The position numbers and the translations under genes were made by a program. The notes beneath the pieces were generated by a model. It was not told where the DNA came from. It searched no databases and saw nothing but the letters and a program-made list of their open reading frames with translations. A stretch of 64,000 nt of DNA from Burkholderia sp. (GTDB taxonomy: Bacteria; Pseudomonadota; Gammaproteobacteria; Burkholderiales; Burkholderiaceae): the NCBI GenBank assembly GCA_032470235.1, contig JAVHYW010000001.1, positions 111,887 to 175,886 of the forward strand, given 5' to 3'. Below, piece by piece: positions 55,119 to 64,000 of this stretch. Position 1 is the first letter of the stretch. The number at the start of each line of letters is the position of its first letter.

Positions 55119-57521
55119 TCAGTATATATGGAAAAGGCGCATAATATCATCTTTCTCCTGTTTGCTCACATATCTTTCTGAGCTAGAGGGGGTGGATTTT
55201 TTATTATCCTTCTCCGCTATGTTAGATGGGATCTGTATCGTCTGCGGAATATTAATAGTCGATATAAATCCATTCCCTGGGAGGAAGTTAGAAAAGTATA
55301 GTTCACCACAAATTGTTTCAATCCCTTCTGGAATTATTGGTATGAATTCTGGTGTATTCTTCAGTGCGTCTTGCATATATTCAACCCAAACAGGCACTGC
55401 TAAAACAGCGCCTGTCTCTTTTTTTCCAAGACTTCTTGGGTTATCGTAGCCAATCCACGAGACAGCGGTAAGATTGTGTTGATAACCAGCAAACCATGCA
55501 TCGCGTGAATTATTTGTTGTTCCAGTTTTTCCAGCGAGATCAGCGCGCTTTAGAACATTAGTCTTTGAAGCAGTTCCGGATTGTACAACACCTTGTAGCA
55601 GGTTATTCATAATATATGCGTTTCTGGAATTAATCGTGCGTGGAGCGTTCTTTTCAGCAACGAGAGGTTGTGCTCGCATAATAATTTCGCCATTTGAGTC
55701 ACTTACTTCAGCTATTAGATATGGATTGATCAGATAGCCGCCGTTTGCAAATACCGAATAGGCAACGGCCATCTGTAATGGTGTAACAGACCCAGAGCCA
55801 AGCGCCATTGGGAGATAAGCTGGATGTCTATCAATATCAAAACCAAAGCGCCTAATATATTGTTGGGCGTATTCTATACCAATGTAGATAAGAATCCTAA
55901 TCGATACTAGATTGTTCGATCGTTCTAGCGCTTTACGCATTGTGATCTCTCCACTGAAATTACTGCCGTAATTTTTCGGTTCCCATACCTGACCTCCGAC
56001 TTTATTCGATCTAAAGTAGAGCGGTTCATCATTTATGATTGTTTTCGGTCCGATTCCCTTATCAAGCGCCGCTGAATAAATAAATGGTTTGAATGATGAG
56101 CCCGGTTGTCGCCATGCCTGCGTGACATGATTAAATTTATTTTTTCCGTAGTCAAAGCCACCGATTAGCGAACAAATTGCACCATCCTGTGGGATGATCG
56201 AAACGAACGCACCCTCAACCTGTGGTAACTGTGTGATCGTCCATTGATTATTTTTGTTTTTCACGACACGCACGATCGAGCCGCGGAAGAGTCGTTTCTT
56301 TGATCTCTTTTCGGAAGAAAGCACATCCATGGCGAAGCGTAAGTTTTCACCTTTAATTTTTACTTCTTTCCCATCAACGAATACAACCTTAATCTGGTTA
56401 GTGTTCACTTCTGTAACGACTGCTGAAGCTATCTCATTATTATCTATATGCTCTGTAAGAGCATTCTTGATTACCTGCCTTCGGCTATTTAAATCGGCAG
56501 GAAGATTAACAAAGCCTTCAGGGCCCCGATAATCATGATATTTTTCATAGTTGATTATCCCATGACGCATCGCTCGGTAGGCAGCGTCTTGATTAGAGGA
56601 ATTAATAGTAGTAATCACTTTGAAACCACGTGTATATGCCTCTTCCTGATATTGTAAATACATCATCTGTCGCACTATTTCGGCAACATATTCAGCATGG
56701 ACTCTATATTCATGCTTAGATTCTCTTATAGAGATTGGTTGTGTGATCGCCTCGTTATATTCAGTCTGTGTGATAAATCTGAGATTTAGCATCCGCTTTA
56801 GAATATATTGTTGTCGTATTTTCGCGCGCTTTAGATTAGAAATTGGGTTGTACGAAGCCGGTGCTTTAGGAATTCCTGCAAGCATTGCAGCCTCAGCAAG
56901 CGTAATGTTTTTTAAATTCTTATTGAAATATGTTTGTGCCGCAGTTTCAAAACCATATGTATGGTGGCCGAGGTAGATCTGATTTATATAGATCTCAAAA
57001 ATTTTATCTTTTGTCAGTGCACGCTCGATACGGTATGCAAGAAGTATCTCGTAGATCTTTCGTTTGAATGTTTTCTTATTTGATAAGAAGAAGTTACGTG
57101 CGACTTGCATCGTAATTGTGCTTGCGCCTTGCTTTGCATAGCCGTTCGTTAGTGCAACGATGCCAGCTCTAAAGATTCCAGCTAGATCGATGCCGCTATG
57201 ATTGTAAAATCGCGCGTCTTCTATTGCGAGAATGGCTTTCTTCAGCGAATCTGGAATTTCATTAAAATGTACGATATTACGCCGTTCCTTTCCGAATTCG
57301 CCAATTAGTACGCGATCTGATGTGTAGATACGCAGTGGTATCTTAGGCTGATAGTTAGTTAATATGTTGAGTGATGGCATGCTAGGCGATGCTATGATGA
57401 ATATATAACTTAGCACGAGCATCACGAAAATAACAGGCATTATAAATAATGCAATGAAGCCATAGAGTATTTTCTTGAACCGGGAAAACTTACCTTGTTC
57501 GTGAATGGAAGTTAGCGACAT
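55119..57521 (-). CDS. mrcA: Penicillin-binding protein 1A (bifunctional glycosyltransferase/transpeptidase)
   Basis: 800 aa with an N-terminal TM segment, GT51 motifs EDARFYNHSGID and GASTITMQ, and transpeptidase motifs SSFKP, SNN and KTGTT. Confidence 0.95.
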   Translation of the reverse strand: MSLTSIHEQGKFSRFKKILYGFIALFIMPVIFVMLVLSYIFIIASPSMPSLNILTNYQPKIPLRIYTSDRVLIGEFGKERRNIVHFNEIPDSLKKAILAIEDARFYNHSGIDLAGIFRAGIVALTNGYAKQGASTITMQVARNFFLSNKKTFKRKIYEILLAYRIERALTKDKIFEIYINQIYLGHHTYGFETAAQTYFNKNLKNITLAEAAMLAGIPKAPASYNPISNLKRAKIRQQYILKRMLNLRFITQTEYNEAITQPISIRESKHEYRVHAEYVAEIVRQMMYLQYQEEAYTRGFKVITTINSSNQDAAYRAMRHGIINYEKYHDYRGPEGFVNLPADLNSRRQVIKNALTEHIDNNEIASAVVTEVNTNQIKVVFVDGKEVKIKGENLRFAMDVLSSEKRSKKRLFRGSIVRVVKNKNNQWTITQLPQVEGAFVSIIPQDGAICSLIGGFDYGKNKFNHVTQAWRQPGSSFKPFIYSAALDKGIGPKTIINDEPLYFRSNKVGGQVWEPKNYGSNFSGEITMRKALERSNNLVSIRILIYIGIEYAQQYIRRFGFDIDRHPAYLPMALGSGSVTPLQMAVAYSVFANGGYLINPYLIAEVSDSNGEIIMRAQPLVAEKNAPRTINSRNAYIMNNLLQGVVQSGTASKTNVLKRADLAGKTGTTNNSRDAWFAGYQHNLTAVSWIGYDNPRSLGKKETGAVLAVPVWVEYMQDALKNTPEFIPIIPEGIETICGELYFSNFLPGNGFISTINIPQTIQIPSNIAEKDNKKSTPSSSERYVSKQEKDDIMRLFHIY

Positions 57522-58090
57522 AGGAGTCGTAAATTACATAGATAGTCAAAATAGCTATTAATTATATAATAGCAATAAATATGAACGAATTAATTATGAC
57601 AAGTTATTCTACAGTGAGAAAAATATAGAAAGGCGTCTCGAAATAAAAACGATTACACCACTTTGTATTTCAGTAGTTTGGTATAGCACATCCTAATACT
57701 AGGATATGTTTTGAGATAATGAAAATATTCACTCAAAAAAATAAATCTCTCTAAGGTTTATTCAATGAATACTCTTATAGAGAGTACTTAGTAATATCAA
57801 AGTAAAACAAACTAAAAATAGCAACCGTATCAGGTTATGAGACTTAGTCTGCATAGAATTTAAAGTTTTACTCTGAAAATTATTTTATGAAAACTTTATC
57901 ATATTGACCTAGGATTAAGGGTTCTGTACCAGTGAAGGTGATACTATGGATATAAAAGTTTCACAACTATTGCAATAGATCTACTCTGGTAGATGTCGAT
58001 GACTTCTATAAGCTTCGCCAAGATATTTATTTACTAATAAAATTCGCATACATTTATTAAAATTATTAACGATCCTAGAAGAGGAACCTA

Positions 58091-58645
58091 TTGCAAGCAT
58101 CAGATACACATACGAATATATTTTTCGTTGGCCTTATGGGTGCAGGTAAAACTACCGTTGGACGAATGATTGCGTATTATCTCAATAAAAAATTTTTTGA
58201 TTCGGATAATGAAATCGAAGTACGTTTTAGAAGCCGTATTCCCATTATTTTTAATCGAGAAGGAGAAAACGCTTTTCGCTCTCGCGAAGCGCAGGTGATT
58301 TCTGAGCTTACAGAATATAAGAATATTGTACTTGCTACTGGGGGTGGCGCAGTACTGTGTCCCGAAAATCGGAAGTATCTCAAAAATAGAGGAATCGTCA
58401 TTTATCTTCGTGCAAGCCCGCATGATCTGTGGATGCGTACGAAAAGAAATAAAAATCGACCGTTATTACAGACTAACGATCCAAAAGAGCGCCTCGAGTT
58501 CTTACATAGGGTAAGAGATCCTCTTTACTATGAATGTGCTGATTTTGTCATAGAGACTAGCTGTTTATCGCTCAACGTACTTATCAATAAGATAATGATA
58601 AACCTTAAGTTGACTAGCATGATTAATAAACCACTAAAAACATGA
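58091..58645 (+). CDS. aroK: Shikimate kinase
   Basis: 184 aa with a TTG start preceded by GAGGAA, Walker [13 protein letters not shown], and DSD..IE, GGG.V motifs. Confidence 0.9.
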   Translation: MQASDTHTNIFFVGLMGAGKTTVGRMIAYYLNKKFFDSDNEIEVRFRSRIPIIFNREGENAFRSREAQVISELTEYKNIVLATGGGAVLCPENRKYLKNRGIVIYLRASPHDLWMRTKRNKNRPLLQTNDPKERLEFLHRVRDPLYYECADFVIETSCLSLNVLINKIMINLKLTSMINKPLKT

Positions 58646-59721
58646 TTACTATCAACGTTGATTTAGGTAATCGATCCTATCCAATTCATATTGGCGATAA
58701 CCTGATAACTCAGGCTGAACTATTTTCTTCAAAAATTAATGGATCTGCTGTAAAAATCGTTACAAATACTATAGTTGATCCATTATACGGCGATACATTA
58801 CGTAAGATGCTCTCGACACTCGGAAAACTAGTATCAACAGTTGTGCTGCCGGATGGCGAGATGCATAAGAATATGGAAACTCTGTATCTAATTTTCGATG
58901 GATTGTTAACTGAGCGCGCGGATCGAAAGACAACGCTTATCGCACTTGGCGGAGGTGTAGTTGGTGATATAACCGGTTTTGCTGCTGCGTGTTACATGCG
59001 CGGGATACCATTCATTCAGGTGCCAACGACTCTGTTATCACAGGTCGATTCATCGGTCGGTGGAAAAACTGGTATTAATCATACTCTTGGAAAAAATATG
59101 ATCGGCGCGTTCTATCAGCCGAAAGCGGTAATCGCTGATATTAGCGTTCTGAAGACACTTCCAAAGCGAGAGTTAGCATCCGGTCTTGCTGAAATAATTA
59201 AGATCGGTATAGTTGCAGATGAAGAGTTCTTCAACTGGATTGAAGATAATATAGACGCACTGAACCGCTGTGAGTCTAATGCGATTGCGCATGCAGTTCA
59301 GCGATCATGCGAAATTAAAGCAAGCGTTATTACGGTTGACGAGCGAGAAAGAGGGTCTCGTTCTATCCTAAATTTTGGTCATACGTTTGGTCATGCAATT
59401 GAGGCTGGGCTTGGTTATGGTAAATGGCTACACGGAGAGGCAGTCGGCTGTGGGATGGTGATGGCTGCTGATCTATCGTTACGGGTTGGTCTTTTCGACG
59501 AGATATCTAGGCAAAGACTAAGTAGACTGATTGCAGCTGCGCATCTACCAACTCGCGGACCAATACTTGATAAAACATCTTATATAGACTTAATGCGAAT
59601 TGATAAGAAGTCAGAGGCTGGGAAGATTAAATTCGTTTTGCTTAAGAGATTCGGGGAAACATTGATTATACAGGCTCCAAATAAAGAAGTTTTAGCAACG
59701 CTATCCTCTATATTAGAGTAA
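58642..59721 (+). CDS. aroB: 3-dehydroquinate synthase
   Basis: 359 aa with [34 protein letters not shown], and HGEAV plus FGHT.GHA metal ligands. It overlaps the aroK stop by 4 nt. Confidence 0.95.
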   Translation: MITINVDLGNRSYPIHIGDNLITQAELFSSKINGSAVKIVTNTIVDPLYGDTLRKMLSTLGKLVSTVVLPDGEMHKNMETLYLIFDGLLTERADRKTTLIALGGGVVGDITGFAAACYMRGIPFIQVPTTLLSQVDSSVGGKTGINHTLGKNMIGAFYQPKAVIADISVLKTLPKRELASGLAEIIKIGIVADEEFFNWIEDNIDALNRCESNAIAHAVQRSCEIKASVITVDERERGSRSILNFGHTFGHAIEAGLGYGKWLHGEAVGCGMVMAADLSLRVGLFDEISRQRLSRLIAAAHLPTRGPILDKTSYIDLMRIDKKSEAGKIKFVLLKRFGETLIIQAPNKEVLATLSSILE

Positions 59722-59735
59722 TATGAGACTTATAT

Positions 59736-59752
59736 CTTAGTCTAAGACTAAG
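59736..59752 (+). terminator. Hairpin after aroB (possible terminator)
   Basis: CTTAGTC-TAA-GACTAAG (7-bp stem, 3-nt loop) lies 15 nt after the aroB stop and is followed by AGTTTTC. The U-tract is short, so this is weak. Confidence 0.35.
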
Positions 59753-59826
59753 AGTTTTCAACTTTAGTGTTTAGCTACTACGATAGATATGTTTTTACCT
59801 ACTATAATCTATTGTTAAGATTTTTA

Positions 59827-59904
59827 TCGGGATGAGAGGATTTGAACCTCCGACCACCTGTAACCCCCCCATGCAGATACGCTACCAAGCTACGCCACGC
59901 CCCG
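59827..59904 (-). tRNA. tRNA-Pro-like gene with an expanded anticodon loop containing G7 (derived from a GGG-anticodon tRNA); pseudogene, homopolymer error or aberrant tRNA
   Basis: The reverse complement reads CGGGGCG-TG-GCGT-AGCTTGGTA-GCGT-A-TCTG-[CATGGGGGGGTTA]-CAGG-TGGTC-GGAGG-TTCAAAT-CCTCT-CATCCCG-A. The D and T arms are very close to enterobacterial tRNA-Pro. It is 78 nt versus 74 nt for a canonical tRNA. There is a C6:A67 mismatch in the acceptor stem. Confidence 0.7.
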
Positions 59905-60736
59905 TAGATCTTACACTGTACAGAAAACCGGGGAAAATATATCAGTATAAAGGACTCAAGAGAATTTTTAGAGACTCTAAAACCCTTCTGGACTAATGAA
60001 CACTCGTTTTTTATTATCTACCTTCTAATTTAGAAGCGTGGGATAATACTTAATAGCATTAAAATTACTTAAGCTAGCTCTGCATATCAATAAGAAATTT
60101 ATTCTGGAGTAATAAATATAAAAAAATAAAATAGCATATTCCGCTTCTAGGTAATAACGTGAAATTATATGTTTATTCTCTTTACATTCTCAAAAGATTT
60201 ACGAAAATTCATTTGAAAATAGCTTACCTTATAGAGATTTGATCTAACTTTGTACAGATTCTTTTACATTAATATTTTTTATCTTCATTTATTTATTAAT
60301 TACTATGTTAATATCAATAGACAGCTTTCTCTTCTATTATTTTCATAGATTCCTATCATAACTAGATGATCCAGCCCTTCTTATGTCTTTATAAATTTTT
60401 AAGAAGATATGAGTTCTTAAAGCTTAGCAGTATTTCTAAATACTTTAAATCTCATACTCAACTAGAGTAATTCATATGTTTTGCATTGAAAGATTTATGA
60501 TTGTTGATTTATATATCTGAAAATTGATCTTCAATCATATCAAGGTGTCTGGATAGTGAATAAGAATATTGATCAGAATTCTAGCTGGTTTTTAGGTAGA
60601 GGGGGTATTGTTAATCTTTCTAAAAGATCGTGTTTGCGCAAGGTGAGACGTTTAATTTTTTAGATTGTTTTTGAAAAATATTAATAATTTTTCCGCGCTT
60701 AAATAGTTCGCGGTAAATATGTAGGATAAGAAGCAC

Positions 60737-62344
60737 GTGCAGATTGAAAAAAGAAATCAACCTCGACGAGGATCTCGGAAAATCCCACAGAAACTTACAA
60801 CGTCTTATCGTATAACAAATAAATTGAACAACGAGAAGGGAGTAAAGCAACAACGATCATTTATTGTGCATAAGAAAGGTGGTGATATCATCAAGGAACA
60901 GTCAAATCTGGGCAGCGCTAAGCGAAAAAATTGTGAGATATCCTCACTTCAGTTTCCTCATAAGGAAAAGAATGGACAGGATAAGCTGCGTGAGACTGAT
61001 TTAATAGCCTCTACTCGCATAAAAAAAGATAATAAACTTTTTAGATGTGTATCTAAATCAGAGTTAGAGTTAGGTATAAATAGAGAATCAAAGGGTGGTA
61101 AGGTGCGCGTCCCAATACAGAATCGTAATCCAAAACAGACAGCGAAAATGTCTTTAAACCATGATATACCAAAGCTTCACAAAGTATTAGCTGAGGCTGG
61201 TATGGGATCGCGCCGTGAAATGGAAGAACTAATTGTTTCTGGTCGGGTATCAGTAAATGGACAACCAGCTCATATTGGTCAAAGAATTATGCCAACCGAT
61301 CATGTCCGTATAAATGGAAAACCGGTTAAACATAACCTATTTGATAAGCTACCTCGTGTGCTGCTATATCATAAACCGATCGGCGAAATTGTTAGCCATT
61401 CAGATCCAGAAGGCAGACCATCTGTATTTGATCGTTTACCTCAGATCAGAACTAGAAAATGGCTTGCAATCGGTCGACTCGATTTCAATACAGAAGGCTT
61501 GTTAATACTAACGACTTCTGGCGATCTCGCAAATCGTTTTATGCATCCACGATATAAAGTTGAGCGCGAGTACGCGGTACGCATTGTAGGTGAACTAGGG
61601 GAAACTGAACAGAAAAAGCTATTACGCGGCATTACACTTGATGATGGCTTAGTGAATATTCTACGCATCAGAAATGGAGGTGGTGAAGGTACAAACAGAT
61701 GGTATCATATTACCCTAGCCGAAGGTAGAAATAGAGAAGTTCGTCGGATGTTCGAGGCTGTAGGTTTAATGGTAAGTCGTCTGATTCGCACAAGTCACGG
61801 TCGAATTCCATTACCTCGTACTCTAAAGCGAGGACGCTGGGAAGAGCTTGATAAATCTCAGGTTCATAAGTTAATGGAAACAGTTGGGCTGAAAGCAACA
61901 AATGAGGATAAGGATAAAAAGCGAAGAGGAATATTTGAGCGAAATCAGCCCGATCCAATGAAGACATCTATGGATTTTATTAAAAATAATAATCCGATAT
62001 TTAAAAAATATGACCGGCTTGCTCAGCCTCGTCGTCGAAATTATAAGATAGACAAATTTTCTGATCGTCATATGAAGGACAATAGTAATTTTCTTAGCAA
62101 GATGTCAACTAACTATAGTGATGGTAATACTAGAAAATCGGATAGTCGCCAGATTTATGGCAATCGTATGAGTAATCCAGGTGCAAATATAAACTTACAT
62201 AGCCAATCACTAGAGTCTGATATACGAAGTACAAAAATTTCAGGAAACAATATTAAGGATACCTATAATTCAAATGAGAATCTTTCGAAATCTTATCGAA
62301 GAGATAATCTCCAGAAAAGACGGAATAAAGATCGTATCCGTTAA
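60737..62344 (+). CDS. rluB: 23S rRNA pseudouridine synthase RluB with long basic N- and C-terminal extensions
   Basis: The 535-aa ORF starts at a GTG. The S4 domain begins near aa 145 ([30 protein letters not shown]). The catalytic motif is [14 protein letters not shown]. An alternative start is the ATG at 61148 ([12 protein letters not shown]). The K/R/N/S-rich tail runs from about aa 400. Confidence 0.88.
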   Translation: MQIEKRNQPRRGSRKIPQKLTTSYRITNKLNNEKGVKQQRSFIVHKKGGDIIKEQSNLGSAKRKNCEISSLQFPHKEKNGQDKLRETDLIASTRIKKDNKLFRCVSKSELELGINRESKGGKVRVPIQNRNPKQTAKMSLNHDIPKLHKVLAEAGMGSRREMEELIVSGRVSVNGQPAHIGQRIMPTDHVRINGKPVKHNLFDKLPRVLLYHKPIGEIVSHSDPEGRPSVFDRLPQIRTRKWLAIGRLDFNTEGLLILTTSGDLANRFMHPRYKVEREYAVRIVGELGETEQKKLLRGITLDDGLVNILRIRNGGGEGTNRWYHITLAEGRNREVRRMFEAVGLMVSRLIRTSHGRIPLPRTLKRGRWEELDKSQVHKLMETVGLKATNEDKDKKRRGIFERNQPDPMKTSMDFIKNNNPIFKKYDRLAQPRRRNYKIDKFSDRHMKDNSNFLSKMSTNYSDGNTRKSDSRQIYGNRMSNPGANINLHSQSLESDIRSTKISGNNIKDTYNSNENLSKSYRRDNLQKRRNKDRIR

Positions 62345-62520
62345 TAAGATTAAACTGTAGTTGCGTTTCGTATAAAAAATTATATAAAGGCTAGCTTTAT
62401 TAAAGATTTTCTAGATTTGAGCTGTATCAGTTTTTGCTAAAAAATGATATAACTACGCTATTATTAATTGTTCTGATATTTTCTATATACGACTTAATAC
62501 AAAGCATTTGAAGGTTAGAC

Positions 62521-62542
62521 GGGCGTTTCGCCCATTTTTTTT
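62521..62542 (+). terminator. GC hairpin plus T8 (intrinsic terminator-like) between rluB and rimP
   Basis: GGGCG-TTT-CGCCC followed by A and TTTTTTTT. It lies about 175 nt after the rluB stop and 58 nt before the rimP start. Confidence 0.5.
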
Positions 62543-62599
62543 GCTGAAAATAGAGTAGATTTAGGAATTTTGAGTATAGTTCTTTATTCATAAGTTAAA

Positions 62600-63118
62600 G
62601 TGAGCGCAGAAGTAGGATTTATAGTGCGCGGCTTACTCAAATCCCCAGAGGGATATAGTGTGCAACTAACAGAACTGATAGAGACAATAGTCGTAGGACT
62701 CGGTTACGAATTTATCGAGCTAGAGTTTTTTAGAAATAAAACACTCTGTGTGTATATTGATCAGTGTTCTGGAATATCTATCAATGATTGTGAAAAGGTC
62801 ACGCGTCAGCTTCAGCGAGTATTAGCTGTAGAAAAGGTCGATTATAAACAGCTTGAAGTTTCATCTCCTGGGCTAAATCGTCCTTTAAAAAAGTTGTCGG
62901 ATTTTAAGCGCTTTATTGGTAAGCAGGTTTCTGTAACGCTAAAAAAACCGATAAATGGTCGAAGGACCTTCTGTGGAGTTCTAAATACGTTGAGTAGCGA
63001 AACGATTAGTTTGGAATTTAAGAAAGATAACGATAACACAGAAATTCTTAACTTTACAGTACCAGACATCGATAAAGCTAGCCTGATTCCTCAAGTTAAC
63101 TTTATAGGTGAAAAATAA
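62600..63118 (+). CDS. rimP: Ribosome maturation factor RimP
   Basis: 172 aa with a GTG start and the pattern [10 protein letters not shown]......L.VYID....I...DCE.V.RQL..VL and [11 protein letters not shown]. It is immediately upstream of nusA. Confidence 0.85.
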   Translation: MSAEVGFIVRGLLKSPEGYSVQLTELIETIVVGLGYEFIELEFFRNKTLCVYIDQCSGISINDCEKVTRQLQRVLAVEKVDYKQLEVSSPGLNRPLKKLSDFKRFIGKQVSVTLKKPINGRRTFCGVLNTLSSETISLEFKKDNDNTEILNFTVPDIDKASLIPQVNFIGEK

Positions 63119-64000
63119 TGAGTCGCGAAGTGCTAATGCTTGTAGATGCAATTGCACGAGAAAAAAATATAGATAAAGATGTTGTTCTTTATGCACTTGA
63201 AGATGCTCTAACATCCGCTTCTAAGAAGCTATTTGAAGAAGGTGCTGAGATCCGAGTTCATATTGATCCTGAGAGTGGCAAGCAAGAAACCTTTCGACGC
63301 TGGCTTGTTGTACCAAATGAGGCTGGCCTACGGGATCCGGATCGTGAAATTTTACTGTTCGAGGCTATAGAAAAACAACCAGAAGTTGAAGTTGGCAAGT
63401 ATATAGAGGAGTCTATTCCGTCAATTGAATTCAGCCGAATCGGCGCGCAATCTGCTAAGCAGGTGATTCTGCAGAAAGTTCGAGATGCTGAGCGCGAGCA
63501 GATATTGAACGACTATATGGATCAGGGCGAAAGGATTATGACTGGCACAGTAAAGCGTTTCGATAAAGGAAATTTTATAGTTGAAACAGGTCGAGTTGAA
63601 GCAATACTGCGACGTGATCAATTAATTCCAAGAGAAAACCTACGTGTTGGCGATCGTGTACGCGGTTTTATCGATAAGGTTGATCGTACAGCGCGCGGTC
63701 CACAGATTCAGCTATCGAGAATCGCACCGGAATTCCTAGTGAAGCTATTTGAAATAGAAGTACCAGAGATTTCTCAAGGACTGCTTGAGATTAAGTCGGC
63801 AGTACGTGATCCAGGTGTACGTGCGAAAATTAGTGTCGTTGCATATGACAAGCGGATCGATCCAATTGGAACATGCGTTGGTATTAGAGGATCGCGCGTA
63901 CAGGCTGTACGCAATGAGCTTTGTGGTGAAAGTATCGATATCATTCCATGGTCAGAAGACCCTGCACAATTTGTAATCAATGCGCTTGCACCGGGGATAG
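63118..64000 (+). CDS. nusA: Transcription termination/antitermination factor NusA (N-terminal ~294 codons; runs off the window)
   Basis: Not in the ORF track. The ATG at 63118 overlaps the rimP stop (TAATG). It translates [37 protein letters not shown]..., and later [31 protein letters not shown] (S1 domain) and [23 protein letters not shown]. Confidence 0.93.
   Translation, partial: MSREVLMLVDAIAREKNIDKDVVLYALEDALTSASKKLFEEGAEIRVHIDPESGKQETFRRWLVVPNEAGLRDPDREILLFEAIEKQPEVEVGKYIEESIPSIEFSRIGAQSAKQVILQKVRDAEREQILNDYMDQGERIMTGTVKRFDKGNFIVETGRVEAILRRDQLIPRENLRVGDRVRGFIDKVDRTARGPQIQLSRIAPEFLVKLFEIEVPEISQGLLEIKSAVRDPGVRAKISVVAYDKRIDPIGTCVGIRGSRVQAVRNELCGESIDIIPWSEDPAQFVINALAPGI

Noticed and set aside
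1173-63980. Many 60-150-aa ORFs antisense to, or in alternate frames of, conserved genes. Examples are 1173-1445, 8763-9131, 10335-10736, 16876-17325, 18388-18822, 32082-32435, 36728-37003, 40171-40509, 55162-55449, 58100-58423, 62842-63069 and 63421-63980.
   Set aside because: Each lies entirely within a strongly supported housekeeping CDS, including nusA at the 3' edge. None has a recognisable domain. They are typical shadow ORFs.
1-64000. Search for CRISPR arrays, IS elements or transposases, integrases, prophage genes, toxin-antitoxin pairs, restriction-modification or other defence islands, and secretion systems.
   Set aside because: I saw no spaced direct repeats, no terminal inverted repeats flanking ORFs and no ORF with such motifs. 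All sizeable ORFs are core metabolism or information processing. I therefore do not claim a novel system in this window.
1-64000. Possible stop-codon reassignment (UGA=Trp), as in some tiny betaproteobacterial symbionts.
   Set aside because: Standard-code translation gives full-length, well-conserved proteins for all genes here, with no in-frame TGA interruptions in intact genes.

Overview
This is an AT-rich chromosomal segment from a genome-reduced betaproteobacterium. The gene order is Burkholderiales-type: iscSUA-hscBA-fdx, leuS-holA-proA, dapB-bamE, gapA-tkt, ubiE-Tim44-ubiJ-ubiB, aspS, mlaFED-mlaA-mlaCB-ABC2-ibaG-hisGDCBHAFIE-HIT, sspAB, mrcA/aroKB and rimP-nusA. I can support about 58 housekeeping CDS, including two partial genes at the window edges (fdx, nusA) that the ORF track misses. 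There are also 3 tRNA genes, two of them structurally aberrant, and a few hairpins and repeats. I see no rRNA, CRISPR array, IS element, integrase or phage gene, and no defence, toxin or secretion locus. Every ORF of about 100 aa or more that is not an antisense or alternate-frame shadow belongs to a well-known family, so I did not find a convincing novel system. The interesting content is genome erosion. The 'empty' cutA-engB spacer holds a nearly full-length but shattered hemB pseudogene. A 2.7-kb spacer upstream of mlaF holds collinear relics of gltB and the last codons of gltD. maeB has lost about 85-90 N-terminal codons. An ABC-2 ATPase and its permease are fused into one ORF. hscB carries a 57-bp direct repeat that recodes its C-terminus. 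A tRNA-Pro-like gene has a run of seven G in an 11-13-nt anticodon loop. Several conserved synteny slots are collapsed to short AT-rich spacers, where I expect iscR, lptE, yraN/diaA, murA, tatABC, petABC, cytochrome-c genes and pilMNOPQ. Amino-acid and cofactor pathways are retained (his operon, aroKB, dapB, argC, proA, ISC, ubiquinone). This pattern fits a nutritional endosymbiont. All synteny expectations come from memory of free-living Burkholderiales and need checking against databases.
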